DNA of 64,000 nucleotides from an uncultured virus (IMG/VR IMGVR_UViG_3300038461_000154) (IMGVR_UViG_3300038461_000154), one strand, 5' to 3'; counted from the first letter of the stretch, positions 27,346 through 36,223 are shown. Made by a program: numbers and translations. The notes: generated by a model from the sequence alone, not told the origin.

Positions 27346-27598
27346 GTATCATATCCTCATACGATTCGACTTCGTTTAAGGTGTGTTCCAAAACGTAAGG
27401 ACAATCTTTTGGAGGATTGACGTGAATGTAAATGTCAGAACCAATACAAACACACATTACTTTCCGGTACTTATCCCAATGCACATCGAACAGAGCCACT
27501 TGCAAAGCGATGTAATTCTCAGGCCAAGGCTTCTTAACAGTAGTGAGGCCGTTATAACGGTGTATGAGACATTGTTTACAGACTTGTTTGTTCAGCAT
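27335..27598 (-). CDS. MLNK/CPYxLE family member
   Basis: MLNKQVCKQC...PPKDCPYVLEH. Confidence 0.85.
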   Translation of the reverse strand: MLNKQVCKQCLIHRYNGLTTVKKPWPENYIALQVALFDVHWDKYRKVMCVCIGSDIYIHVNPPKDCPYVLEHTLNEVESYEDMIRAY

Positions 27599-27610
27599 GG
27601 CTCTTACCGC

Positions 27611-27814
27611 CTACTTATTAGCAATTGTTTTACAAGCCTTCTCTTTTTCGTATTGGCACACACAAACAGCACACCAACTAGCTTTCTGTTCAACTTCTGC
27701 GTTTTGTTCCTTTACATCTGGTAAGCCAACCCATTTATGGTCAACGGGCCATTCACACGGAAGTCCTGCCTGTCCGCACAACGCTTTTCCATGCCAAAGA
27801 ATGTGGACTATCAT
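27611..27814 (-). CDS. Small H..LCG..CxxC zinc-finger protein
   Basis: VHI...ALCG...CAVC; RBS GGAGG. Confidence 0.65.
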   Translation of the reverse strand: MIVHILWHGKALCGQAGLPCEWPVDHKWVGLPDVKEQNAEVEQKASWCAVCVCQYEKEKACKTIANK

Positions 27815-27844
27815 ATTCACCTCCAAAAAAACAATGACTCCACA

Positions 27845-28129
27845 TCACTGTATATCAGAAAGGCTCACGTTTTTCAAGTCAATTGTTTCAGGACACAATG
27901 TATGTTCTAAAATGTATGGGCACCAATCAGGCGCGTCTTTTTCAATGAGAAATACAGTTGAAAGTAATTTTTGTACACCAAACTTCCTATCTTTTAAACT
28001 CTTATCATGAAGATAGCAACAAAAACAAGCGCCACTATTCCAATACTTTTTGAACCTGTCATATATCAGGCGCGATTGCATGTGGCCTTTATGTTTCCAA
28101 CAAAGATAACAGACCTTTTCACTCAGCAT
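27845..28129 (-). CDS. MLNK/CPYxLE family member
   Basis: MLSEKVCYLC...PDWCPYILEH. Confidence 0.85.
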   Translation of the reverse strand: MLSEKVCYLCWKHKGHMQSRLIYDRFKKYWNSGACFCCYLHDKSLKDRKFGVQKLLSTVFLIEKDAPDWCPYILEHTLCPETIDLKNVSLSDIQ

Positions 28130-28134
28130 TGGAT

Positions 28135-28353
28135 TCACCGCGTGTCCAAATATGTTTGGTTCACCACATGTTCAAGTATATATGGGCACTGTGGAGGAGG
28201 TTCACTTCTATGGATGAAGAGAATCACAAGAGGCAAGCTTCCAACAGGGCATGTAACTATTTGTCTCTTTTCCCAACGGTAATCAAACTGGTCACGGCTT
28301 GCACCTTTGAACCTTTTCGATTTGCACTTCCAACAGACTTCTTTATTCAGCAT
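28135..28353 (-). CDS. MLNK/CPYxLE family member
   Basis: MLNKEVCWKC...PPPQCPYILEH. Confidence 0.85.
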   Translation of the reverse strand: MLNKEVCWKCKSKRFKGASRDQFDYRWEKRQIVTCPVGSLPLVILFIHRSEPPPQCPYILEHVVNQTYLDTR

Positions 28354-28579
28354 GAACAATATGCTCCGTTAAATAAGGGCATTCATCCGGTATGCAAAAA
28401 TGTTTATTAATTGCAATTAAATTTTCCATATGCCAAGCAAAATATCTCTCCGAATCTTCTTTCATTGGTATTACTTTTATAATCGAACAAACAAAACCCT
28501 TATATGATGTATATTTATGTTTACAATCGAAACATATCCTAAGCTGTGGAAGAAGATTTTGTTTATTCGTCTCCATCAT
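28343..28579 (-). CDS. MLNK/CPYxLE family member
   Basis: RICFDC...PDECPYLTEH. Confidence 0.8.
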   Translation of the reverse strand: MMETNKQNLLPQLRICFDCKHKYTSYKGFVCSIIKVIPMKEDSERYFAWHMENLIAINKHFCIPDECPYLTEHIVHAE

Positions 28580-28955
28580 CAAACCCCTTACAATTACCAA
28601 TAGTCAGATGATAACTATTTCTCCACCATGGATACGGTGCTAATCCCAATTCCACCCGTATCTCTTTCAATCGTTCACATTGTACATTCAGCCAATAGTA
28701 AGTTGTGTCATTTTTTACTTCAACGTCATAGAAAAATTTTATACGTTCCCCTTCATAAATCCCCCACACATCGGTATATAACGGTGTTTCCCAACGCACA
28801 ACACTGACATGCGCTTGATGTTTTTGAGGATTCGTTCTTATCCATTTAGGCAAAAGATTACGGTAGTAATCCACAATGCCTTGGTCTGCATTTAAGGCAA
28901 TACGGATACCGGGGCCATAAGTGAGCGTGCCTGTAGATGAAAACAAGTTATCCAT
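28563..28955 (-). CDS. 2H phosphoesterase superfamily protein
   Basis: Two Hx[ST]h motifs: AHVSV and YHLTI. Confidence 0.75.
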   Translation of the reverse strand: MDNLFSSTGTLTYGPGIRIALNADQGIVDYYRNLLPKWIRTNPQKHQAHVSVVRWETPLYTDVWGIYEGERIKFFYDVEVKNDTTYYWLNVQCERLKEIRVELGLAPYPWWRNSYHLTIGNCKGFDDGDE

Positions 28956-29187
28956 TTACTATGTGCTCCAAAGCATATGGACAACCTTCTGGCGGTGGAT
29001 TCTCTATTTTATGTATGTGGTCAAAATGGTTTGAGCTAGGCACAGGACAACATCGGCACATTCCCATGTTCCAAAAATGGTAGAAATCAGAAGTGAGATA
29101 TATCCGTTGTGCAGAACCTTTGAAACGTTCATCTATACACCCTTCTGATTTCAAATAGCAGTATAGACAAATCTTCTTAGTCAGCAT
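28948..29187 (-). CDS. MLNK/CPYxLE family member
   Basis: MLTKKICLYC...PPEGCPYALEH. Confidence 0.85.
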   Translation of the reverse strand: MLTKKICLYCYLKSEGCIDERFKGSAQRIYLTSDFYHFWNMGMCRCCPVPSSNHFDHIHKIENPPPEGCPYALEHIVNG

Positions 29188-29399
29188 GTTGACTTACCGT
29201 ATGCTCCAAAAGATACGGGCATTTGAGTGGCGGTTTAGACTTTACGCCTATTGTCCTATCCAAACCGCTGTTTTCTTCTGAGAGCTTGCAAAGGCACTGG
29301 TTGTTCATTGACCAAACCAGCTTAAAGCCCGTCAACATAATAGCCTTATTTTTGGCGTCAAAACTGTCTTGGGCTAAAGTTCCTTCGTAGCATTTTATG
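29177..29399 (-). pseudogene. 5'-truncated family member
   Basis: KCYEG...VWSMNNQCLC...PPLKCPYLLEH; in-frame stop upstream, no MLNK/first Cys. Confidence 0.7.
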
Positions 29400-29453
29400 G
29401 TGTATAATGTTTATGGCAGTGCAATGCTGCTCCTATTCGTAGTACAGAATTAC

Positions 29454-29487
29454 CCGCTCCTGACGCCATGCAGGAGCGGTTTTATTT
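29454..29487. terminator. GC-rich hairpin terminator
   Basis: CCGCTCCTG-N8-CAGGAGCGG then TTTTATTT on +. Confidence 0.65.
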
Positions 29488-29704
29488 ACCTTCCTTCCCT
29501 GAAATCAAATTGACGCTGTGTTTCATTATTAATATCTCTGATGGAACGTTTTTCTGACTCAATCCATCCATAGGCACCTAAAATAGCAATGCCTATCACA
29601 ATCACCACCAAAAACATACTTAGGTTTTTAATAGGTGATTCCTCTTTTTCGGTCTTAAAACAGACCTTATTGCCTTCACTATCTGTATAAAAAATCTTTT
29701 CCAT
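29486..29704 (-). CDS. Single-TM hypothetical protein
   Basis: RBS AAGGAG; hydrophobic segment; variant promoter 29752-61. Confidence 0.7.
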   Translation of the reverse strand: MEKIFYTDSEGNKVCFKTEKEESPIKNLSMFLVVIVIGIAILGAYGWIESEKRSIRDINNETQRQFDFREGR

Positions 29705-29891
29705 TTGCCTTTCTCCTTTTCAAAAACCATTCAAAAACCATCACCATTACATGTATCGTAACATCTACAAGTGTTTTTTAATCAAAGTTCCATTTTTATA
29801 AAAAATATGTTTTGGCAAATCCCGACCGCGCAAACTATATAAAAAACGCACATATTCCATTTCGAAACACAACTCTTGTTTCAACATTGGC

Positions 29892-30104
29892 TCAATCCTG
29901 TCTATCAAGATTATTTTTCTTAGCACTTTGAATTGCCTCTACCGCACTACTACAAGTTTCAGCAATGTCATTGGCGTATCCTTCACATACATCATAAACG
30001 TCACCATCTTCTTTTTTCAAAGCCAATGTTGCATCTTGAAGCTTTTCAGCAGCAACCATCATAGCTTTGAAATGTTTTTCAAAAGTGTTTAATTTCTTTG
30101 ACAC
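29892..30104 (-). CDS. Hypothetical helical protein
   Basis: RBS GAGG, GTG start. Confidence 0.6.
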   Translation of the reverse strand: MSKKLNTFEKHFKAMMVAAEKLQDATLALKKEDGDVYDVCEGYANDIAETCSSAVEAIQSAKKNNLDRQD

Positions 30105-30131
30105 TTTACACCATCCTCTTTTAAAGTTTAA

Positions 30132-30327
30132 TGGCGCGGGCCGGATTCAAACCGGATTTCGGGGCTACGCTAAGACGGTAAGGTGCCCCCTACCATCACT
30201 GAGAGCCAAACCCCTTGCGGACGAGTATCGAGCCTAATCCCGGTCTCACATGTCTGCACCGTCGTGCTCGACTTGGCCCGCTTCTGCTTACCAGTCTCGC
30301 AGCGTGTTCTCACCACGCCGCCGCGCC
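30132..30327 (-). ncRNA. tRNA-like structured RNA (196 nt) with a large domain replacing the anticodon arm
   Basis: Acceptor GGCGCGG/CCGCGCC+A, D-arm GCGTG/CACGC, T-arm CCGG-TTTGAAT-CCGG, nested helices; promoter TACGA-TACAAT 8 nt upstream. Confidence 0.8.
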
Positions 30328-30363
30328 ACTTAACTATTGTATCGTATTTTCCAGCCCGCGCTA

Positions 30364-30579
30364 TTACTTTTTTTTATTTGTTAGGTGTTCAAGAAGATAA
30401 GGGCAATTTTTGGGTGGGTCTAATTTGATTTGAACATTCTGGCAGTCCTGTGTGTCGCAAGGAGCCAAACCGGACTTCCATAGGTCTTTAAAATGGCGGA
30501 TATGGGTTTTCTCTAAATGAGCAGCCCATTCATCACGCTTGCCTAAATAGCATTTGTAGCACACGTCTTTATTTAGCAT
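30364..30579 (-). CDS. MLNK/CPYxLE family member
   Basis: MLNKDVCYKC...PPKNCPYLLEH. Confidence 0.85.
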   Translation of the reverse strand: MLNKDVCYKCYLGKRDEWAAHLEKTHIRHFKDLWKSGLAPCDTQDCQNVQIKLDPPKNCPYLLEHLTNKKK

Positions 30580-30754
30580 TTTTTGTTTTACTCACCGTTT
30601 GTTCAACAATATACGGACACCATTCTGGCAGATTACCATGTTTGTCTTCTTTACAAGACAATTTCACGGCAGAAAAATCGGGGTTAATAATAGCCTTTTT
30701 CAAGCTCCCCAATATAGCATTGATTTGGCACGTTCTACAAATCTTTTTATTCAT
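30569..30754 (-). CDS. MLNK/CPYxLE family member
   Basis: MNKKICRTC...PEWCPYIVEQ. Confidence 0.85.
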   Translation of the reverse strand: MNKKICRTCQINAILGSLKKAIINPDFSAVKLSCKEDKHGNLPEWCPYIVEQTVSKTKNAK

Positions 30755-30981
30755 TTTTTGTTCACCATGTGTTCCAACAAATAAGGACAATTCTTTGGTG
30801 GATGTTTTTTGGCGTACATAAAGATGTTCCAATCGCCAGTAGACATGCAAAAAACCATATTTTTACTCCACAAACAATCAAAGAATTTTTTTGCCTCTAT
30901 CTTGTTAGCCAGAGTCCATTTATTTACAAAACATCTGTAGCATACTTCGCTACTAAGGAAGACTTGGTTTGTTGATGTCAT
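30751..30981 (-). CDS. MLNK/CPYxLE family member
   Basis: LSSEVCYRC...PPKNCPYLLEH. Confidence 0.85.
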   Translation of the reverse strand: MTSTNQVFLSSEVCYRCFVNKWTLANKIEAKKFFDCLWSKNMVFCMSTGDWNIFMYAKKHPPKNCPYLLEHMVNKK

Positions 30982-31195
30982 GTTCTGCCACAATCTGTTC
31001 AAGTATGTATGGACACTTATCCACTGGTTTACAGAATACACTAATTTTGGTGCTTGTCAACGTACAATAACACTGATGTTCTTTTTCCCAAGTAGTATGA
31101 AAATCATGAATGCGTCTATCAATTATCTCTTTGGGGTATTTTGCTTGACGGTAATGACTCACACGGCACTTTCTGCACACCAACCTATTAAGCAT
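30953..31195 (-). CDS. MLNK/CPYxLE family member
   Basis: MLNRLVCRKC...DKCPYILEQ. Confidence 0.85.
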   Translation of the reverse strand: MLNRLVCRKCRVSHYRQAKYPKEIIDRRIHDFHTTWEKEHQCYCTLTSTKISVFCKPVDKCPYILEQIVAEHDINKPSLP

Positions 31196-31409
31196 CGTTT
31201 GCTCCCTGAGTGACAGTTTGTTCCAAGATGTACGGACACTTTTTCGGCGGGACGGAGTTGGTGTGAATAAATCGTTTCTGGTGATAAATACAGAGACATT
31301 GTTTATGCCGCTCCCACATAGTGTTGAATGACCCGTTTGTTTCAGGGCTTTCCGGCTTGATAGCGTAGCGGTCCTTCAGGCATTTGTAACAGATTGTCTT
31401 GTTTAACAT
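31188..31409 (-). CDS. MLNK/CPYxLE family member
   Basis: MLNKTICYKC...PPKKCPYILEQ. Confidence 0.85.
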   Translation of the reverse strand: MLNKTICYKCLKDRYAIKPESPETNGSFNTMWERHKQCLCIYHQKRFIHTNSVPPKKCPYILEQTVTQGANDA

Positions 31410-31484
31410 TTGAAAAGCAAGTCCTTACGACTATAATACACGGTGAAGTCAAAGGTTTACAAGAGATTTTGGGAGAATAAAATT

Positions 31485-31802
31485 ATGATGAGCGTCAATA
31501 TGAAGAGAATCTACGAAATGGCCAAAGCATACGATAAAAAACTGCTGGCTACAGACCCGCGTTTCCAACGCAGTATTAAAATCATTCATGAAGACGGTAG
31601 CGTTTTCTTTATACGGAATGCCTTTCTTATGAAATACAAAGACAAAACCATAGAACATAGAGAGCACGACGCTGATAATTTTAATGAGTGGTTGATTTTC
31701 TTTTCTGAGCATAATGGCTTTGATGTTTTTCATGCGGACGATATCATAGGCTATTTTCAATTCAAAGACGTGAGAAGAATTGAGATGTTGGAGCCGGAAT
31801 AA
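31485..31802 (+). CDS. Hypothetical protein
   Basis: RBS GGGAG; TATAAT upstream. Confidence 0.7.
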   Translation: MMSVNMKRIYEMAKAYDKKLLATDPRFQRSIKIIHEDGSVFFIRNAFLMKYKDKTIEHREHDADNFNEWLIFFSEHNGFDVFHADDIIGYFQFKDVRRIEMLEPE

Positions 31803-32200
31803 TGGAATCTGCAAAACTTCCGTCAGATGCTTTTCTTGAAGCCTTTGCCTCATCTCATGGTTCGTGCCGTATGATTTGTGTATGCGGTAGAGAACATTAT
31901 GATGGTTCGTATCATGGTGGTTGGGATTGGGAACCGGGAGAATTAGAAGCTCTCCAAGCCGACAAAAAGGCCATAGACCATAACTGTACGGTGCAAAGCA
32001 TTATGTTCCATGGCAAAGAATATGTAATGGGTTGCCCTTGTACAGTAACTCTCACTATTTGGGAAGAGATACTAAAAAAGAATACACGGGCTTGTGCTGA
32101 CTATCTGTGTGCCCTAGCCAAAGAACGCGCCGAACAAGCCAAACATATACATGACACTTACACAGATATGAAAAAGAACTTAGGGAACGTGCTGAAATAA
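31802..32200 (+). CDS. Hypothetical Cys-containing protein
   Basis: TAATG overlap; CVCGREH, CPC. Confidence 0.7.
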   Translation: MESAKLPSDAFLEAFASSHGSCRMICVCGREHYDGSYHGGWDWEPGELEALQADKKAIDHNCTVQSIMFHGKEYVMGCPCTVTLTIWEEILKKNTRACADYLCALAKERAEQAKHIHDTYTDMKKNLGNVLK

Positions 32201-32201
32201 T

Positions 32202-32630
32202 TTACATTGTCTCCCATGGAAAAATAATCCACGCATTAGGCTTTTCGGAAATATAAAAATCTGGAACAAATAACGAATTCTTGTTCCAAAACAGTACGGC
32301 TACCGCATTCCCTTCTAGTCCATATACTTCATCAAACGCCTTCAGAGTATTGCCTTCGTCTATCAAATCATCTACAATGAGAACGTTCTTGGTAGGCTTA
32401 TCAGTCAAGGTAATTTTTGGCTCTTTGCGTTTTACTGTACCATCATAAAAGCTTATATGAACACTGGAATGCGGCAACTCCAAACTTGCTGCTACTTTGG
32501 TACTTATATTCAAACCACCATTGGCTATTCCGACAACCCCTTGAAACTTACGCTGGCTTTTGAAAACCTTGCATACCAGCAAGCTTATCATTTCGTTTAT
32601 AGAATACTCAGTGTAGTAAATCTTATCCAT
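32202..32630 (-). CDS. Type I phosphoribosyltransferase (Gpt/Hpt-like)
   Basis: PRPP motif VLIVDDLIDEGNT, GIANGG, C-terminal WIIFPWE. Confidence 0.9.
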   Translation of the reverse strand: MDKIYYTEYSINEMISLLVCKVFKSQRKFQGVVGIANGGLNISTKVAASLELPHSSVHISFYDGTVKRKEPKITLTDKPTKNVLIVDDLIDEGNTLKAFDEVYGLEGNAVAVLFWNKNSLFVPDFYISEKPNAWIIFPWETM

Positions 32631-32663
32631 GCTTTATTATATACCAAAACAAACTGGAATTTG

Positions 32664-32915
32664 CTAAAGAGACGGTCTGTTTACTATATGTTCAAGCGCA
32701 TAGGGACAATTTTCAGGCGGTATATCTTCAATTTTAAGGGGTTGATAGGTCTGAATTACATAATCAGTGTCTTCAACGATTTTTACTCGTTTTTCAAAAG
32801 GGCACCAACATACATCTTCATCCCACCGCTTTTCAAAATCATACCGTGCTTTGACAACATCACCATGTTTCAATTTTTCAATATAGCAGCGCAAGCATAT
32901 CTCTTTTTTCAACAT
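32664..32915 (-). CDS. MLNK/CPYxLE family member
   Basis: MLKKEICLRC...PPENCPYALEH. Confidence 0.85.
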   Translation of the reverse strand: MLKKEICLRCYIEKLKHGDVVKARYDFEKRWDEDVCWCPFEKRVKIVEDTDYVIQTYQPLKIEDIPPENCPYALEHIVNRPSL

Positions 32916-33490
32916 TGTGGAGCCACCGTTTGTAGCTTCTTAATGGAATCTCTTATGTTCCTTCTGGCTTGTTGTTCATAAGTCTGGATGAAGTAATCGC
33001 TGCAAAAAATGGTTGGTCTGCCCAACATTTTTTCAAGAAAGGCAATGCGGCCTTTGGCAAAATCTGCATCAAACATCCAATCGTATTCAAGCCGAATATA
33101 CGTTTCATACCTGCCATAGTTGAACTCGTTTTGGCCAAGAATAGACAAATCGCAATCCACCATCAGCTTGCCACTTAGGTCAGTTGCATTTTCATGGTAC
33201 TTTGTTAAGAGGATAAGCCGTTCAACTTCTTGAATCATAAACACGTCTTCGTCTTGAGAACTAAGCATTTCTCTCGCCAAGGCAGCACTCTTTTCCTCAT
33301 TGTCTTTGGCGTGAGTATCATATACAGCATCATGAAACCACAAAGCTACTCTTACAAATTCCATGTTCTCTAGGCGCAAAAACTGTTTTGCTTTGTTGAA
33401 CTCACTTAGGCACTGCATAACATGGGCAACATTATGATAATGCCTGCCAAAATACATTGGCATGAGTTGTTTCACAAAGTCAAAGTTCAT
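32909..33490 (-). CDS. HD-superfamily metal-dependent phosphohydrolase
   Basis: RHYHN..H, WFHDAVYD, NEEKSA, DCDLSILG, IRLEY. Confidence 0.85.
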   Translation of the reverse strand: MNFDFVKQLMPMYFGRHYHNVAHVMQCLSEFNKAKQFLRLENMEFVRVALWFHDAVYDTHAKDNEEKSAALAREMLSSQDEDVFMIQEVERLILLTKYHENATDLSGKLMVDCDLSILGQNEFNYGRYETYIRLEYDWMFDADFAKGRIAFLEKMLGRPTIFCSDYFIQTYEQQARRNIRDSIKKLQTVAPQC

Positions 33491-33759
33491 GGTGCCACTT
33501 CTTTCATTTTTTCTTGTTCGCGCCTTGCATCCACCACAGCGTAACAATGTGCCAAGAGACTATGAAATCTGCGCGATGAAGCGGCAGAAAGATGACAAGC
33601 ATTCAAACAAATCAGCGAATCTTTGGCCAGATTCGCTCCACATTCAGGGCAGCACCATTCACTGAGACAATCAAGCAAAGGCTTTTTGTTTGACTTAACA
33701 GCCTTCTTACCGTTAATGTACGGCACACTATCAATGATTTCGGCACCAATTACAGACAT
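33487..33759 (-). CDS. Zinc-ribbon hypothetical protein
   Basis: CPECGANL...CLNAC. Confidence 0.6.
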   Translation of the reverse strand: MSVIGAEIIDSVPYINGKKAVKSNKKPLLDCLSEWCCPECGANLAKDSLICLNACHLSAASSRRFHSLLAHCYAVVDARREQEKMKEVAP

Positions 33760-33765
33760 TTCTTT

Positions 33766-34011
33766 TCATCCTTTCCTTTGTCTTGTATTCACTGCATGTT
33801 CCACTAGATACGGGCAATCAGAAGGAGGAAGACGCTTAACGCTGCGGTGGAATCCTGTTGTGCTGAAATAACACAAACACTTATTATGGTCTTTCCAATA
33901 AATGTCAAACAGGAATACCGCTTCATCTACCGTATGATGGACAGGAAGCATCCCGTCAACAATTCTATGCCGCTTCTTAAAACACTGCTGGCATATTGCT
34001 TTTTTCAGCAC
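33766..34011 (-). CDS. MLNK/CPYxLE family member
   Basis: MLKKAICQQC...PPSDCPYLVEH. Confidence 0.85.
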   Translation of the reverse strand: MLKKAICQQCFKKRHRIVDGMLPVHHTVDEAVFLFDIYWKDHNKCLCYFSTTGFHRSVKRLPPSDCPYLVEHAVNTRQRKG

Positions 34012-34103
34012 TGTTCACCGTCCTATTCTCCCGCTCTCCCGTCTTCATTGTGCTCTACTGTATATCGCAAATTCTCGAAATTACTACAACTTTTTGAGAA
34101 AAA

Positions 34104-34349
34104 TTATCGGACATTTGCACCAGCATTCTCCAACAATTGCTCTAGCATGTAAGGACAAGCTTCTGGTGGGTCAGATGCAACAGGAAGGTCATCAGCATAT
34201 AGAGTTTTCCGCACCAATGAAGGAACCCATTGTCTTGCCCAAAAACAAGCACAAACACTCCGATATTGCCAAGCATCATCAAACAACGAAAGCCCGAAAT
34301 CACCCCCATATTCAAAATAGCACTTGCGACAGATTTCTTTACTCAACAT
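34104..34349 (-). CDS. MLNK/CPYxLE family member
   Basis: MLSKEICRKC...PPEACPYMLEQ. Confidence 0.85.
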   Translation of the reverse strand: MLSKEICRKCYFEYGGDFGLSLFDDAWQYRSVCACFWARQWVPSLVRKTLYADDLPVASDPPEACPYMLEQLLENAGANVR

Positions 34350-34720
34350 GACATCACTTTTTTCTCGTGTGCAACCGCTAAAGTTTGTTCGAGTAAATAC
34401 CGGCACTTCTCAGGAAGCGGGCCGGTGATGTACAAAGGATTATGGCCATAACGGCACAGGCAGGAACCAACAGCCCAATACAAATCAAACCTGCGGTCCC
34501 AATTGTTATTGAGTTTGAAATCGAAATCAAACAAGCAGTCACGTGGATTTTCAGGCTGATATTCTTTGGTGTATCTTAAAAAGCAACGTTTACAAATCTT
34601 CTTGCTGAAATTGATTGGCTTGCCTTTGTCATCGTCAAGCAAACCAAGCTCTTTGACGGTTTTTTCTACCGACTTCATCAACTTAGACTTTCTGCTCACG
34701 ATGCTTCCTCTTAAAATCAC
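34343..34720 (-). CDS. MLNK/CPYxLE family member with N-terminal extension
   Basis: FSKKICKRC...PEKCRYLLEQ. Confidence 0.8.
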   Translation of the reverse strand: MILRGSIVSRKSKLMKSVEKTVKELGLLDDDKGKPINFSKKICKRCFLRYTKEYQPENPRDCLFDFDFKLNNNWDRRFDLYWAVGSCLCRYGHNPLYITGPLPEKCRYLLEQTLAVAHEKKVMSC

Positions 34721-34729
34721 ACATCATTG

Positions 34730-34738
34730 TATCGTCAA
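34730..34738 (-). promoter_or_regulatory. TTGACGATA promoter motif
   Basis: TTGACGA-TACAAT. Confidence 0.7.
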
Positions 34739-34759
34739 AAAAGCAAGGTGCAATAAACT

Positions 34760-34987
34760 TTATTTGCTTTTTTTGTAAAGCGTATGTTCCAAAACGTATG
34801 GGCAATTTATCGGGTAGTCATCCACAATGGGTCTGAACAACAAATCACGTGGCACCGGGAAACAATAGACGAATCCCTTTTCCCAAGCTTGCGCAAATCC
34901 ACGGCACAATCTTTTCGCCCATTTTTGATTGGGTTGAAGTGTCGCGGCTCGTTGAAGACATTTCCGGCATACTTTTTTGTTCAGCAT
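34760..34987 (-). CDS. MLNK/CPYxLE family member
   Basis: MLNKKVCRKC...PINCPYVLEH. Confidence 0.85.
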   Translation of the reverse strand: MLNKKVCRKCLQRAATLQPNQKWAKRLCRGFAQAWEKGFVYCFPVPRDLLFRPIVDDYPINCPYVLEHTLYKKSK

Positions 34988-35234
34988 GATGATAGACCCA
35001 CTGTTCCATGAAATAAACACAGTCTTCCGGTGGTTGTTCGTCAATATGAGCTACAAGTTTTCGAGAACATATATTAGCTTTGTATTTTGGGTAATCTCTG
35101 TATAGCTTTGTTTGTTCCTCTAAAGCATACTTCCAACATTTTTCAAACCATTTATCGTCGTCTTTATCATAACGATAGTGCTTCTCTGCGTGCCAATCCA
35201 CATAACAACGGTAACACATCTTCTTACTAAGCAT
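34845..35234 (-). CDS. MLNK/CPYxLE family member (tail reads far into next gene)
   Basis: MLSKKMCYRC...PPEDCVYFMEQ. Confidence 0.8.
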   Translation of the reverse strand: MLSKKMCYRCYVDWHAEKHYRYDKDDDKWFEKCWKYALEEQTKLYRDYPKYKANICSRKLVAHIDEQPPEDCVYFMEQWVYHHAEQKSMPEMSSTSRDTSTQSKMGEKIVPWICASLGKGIRLLFPGAT

Positions 35235-35236
35235 CT

Positions 35237-35503
35237 TCAAAAACTCCACCAATGCGGAGTTACCATATACGCTTTGAATTGCTCCCATGACTTTCGTAAT
35301 CGTATTCGCCAAGGTGCTTTTTTACGAATCAAAGTCTGTTCCAAAAGATATGGACAATTCATAGGTGGTTTGTCTGTTTCTTTCAACCAATTCAAACCAT
35401 CATCTTTGGCATGTGGACAAAATATGTCGTCCCATTCCCAACAGGCATCAAAAGCCCACAGCGTCTCTTTTTGGCATGTCTTGCAAATATGATAGTTCAA
35501 CAT
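35237..35503 (-). CDS. MLNK/CPYxLE family member
   Basis: MLNYHICKTC...PPMNCPYLLEQ. Confidence 0.85.
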   Translation of the reverse strand: MLNYHICKTCQKETLWAFDACWEWDDIFCPHAKDDGLNWLKETDKPPMNCPYLLEQTLIRKKAPWRIRLRKSWEQFKAYMVTPHWWSF

Positions 35504-35712
35504 TTAGATACCGTATGTTCTACAATATAGGGGCATTTGTCTGGTGCATCTACAACTCCGACTTCCAAAATCATATGGGCAAGAGCACAATACACAAAAC
35601 CTTCCCGCCAACGGTCATCGAACATTTCTTGTGATAGCCAAGAGCCATCCGCTTTTTCTAGTTGCGAGTAGTATTCCTGCCAACATTTCGCACAAACCTC
35701 CGCATTAAGCAT
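35497..35712 (-). CDS. MLNK/CPYxLE family member
   Basis: MLNAEVCAKC...PDKCPYIVEH. Confidence 0.85.
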   Translation of the reverse strand: MLNAEVCAKCWQEYYSQLEKADGSWLSQEMFDDRWREGFVYCALAHMILEVGVVDAPDKCPYIVEHTVSKC

Positions 35713-35976
35713 TTATTCCATCTCATCATCAAGCGGTTTGTTTACCATCTGTTCCAATATGAAAGGGCATACATTTGGCACTGTCGTTAATTGTGTAAAA
35801 ATACAGATGCGCCTTTGAATACAAGCTGCCACATTAGCTTCATAATCCGCGTCTCTACAAGTCCATTGTCCAGCCCAACCGAAACGCGACACAAATACAG
35901 GCTTTTGGATTGGTTCAGCCATGTAGCCCAAGCGATACTCTTTAGCACATTTCTTACAGATTATCGGGTTCAACAT
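35713..35976 (-). CDS. MLNK/CPYxLE family member
   Basis: MLNPIICKKC...PNVCPFILEQ. Confidence 0.85.
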   Translation of the reverse strand: MLNPIICKKCAKEYRLGYMAEPIQKPVFVSRFGWAGQWTCRDADYEANVAACIQRRICIFTQLTTVPNVCPFILEQMVNKPLDDEME

Positions 35977-36223
35977 CGTCGCGCTCTTCGTTTAAGATAT
36001 GCTCTAACTGAAACGGGCAATTGTCAGGCACTTCAGAATAGATGCTCTTACGCCTTCTATCAGTAGGGCAAGGTCTATCTTTTTTATCAGTATTCTCGCA
36101 CATAACCTCATTTTCATCCCATTGCATATCGAACCACGCTTCATGCTCAAAGTTCCATTTTATGTTTCTTCCATACAAATATTCTTTAAAACAGCATTCA
36201 CAAGCTCTTTTATTCAGCATCAA
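35954..36223 (-). CDS. MLNK/CPYxLE family member
   Basis: MLNKRACECC...PDNCPFQLEH. Confidence 0.85.
   Translation of the reverse strand: MMLNKRACECCFKEYLYGRNIKWNFEHEAWFDMQWDENEVMCENTDKKDRPCPTDRRRKSIYSEVPDNCPFQLEHILNEERDDVEPDNL

Noticed and set aside
29719..29740. 11-bp tandem duplication TTCAAAAACCA in a 5' UTR
   Set aside because: Only two copies and no evident effect; likely slippage.
30132..30327. tmRNA or canonical tRNA
   Set aside because: No G3.U70, D stem present, too short for tmRNA, and no 7-nt anticodon loop at the expected position.
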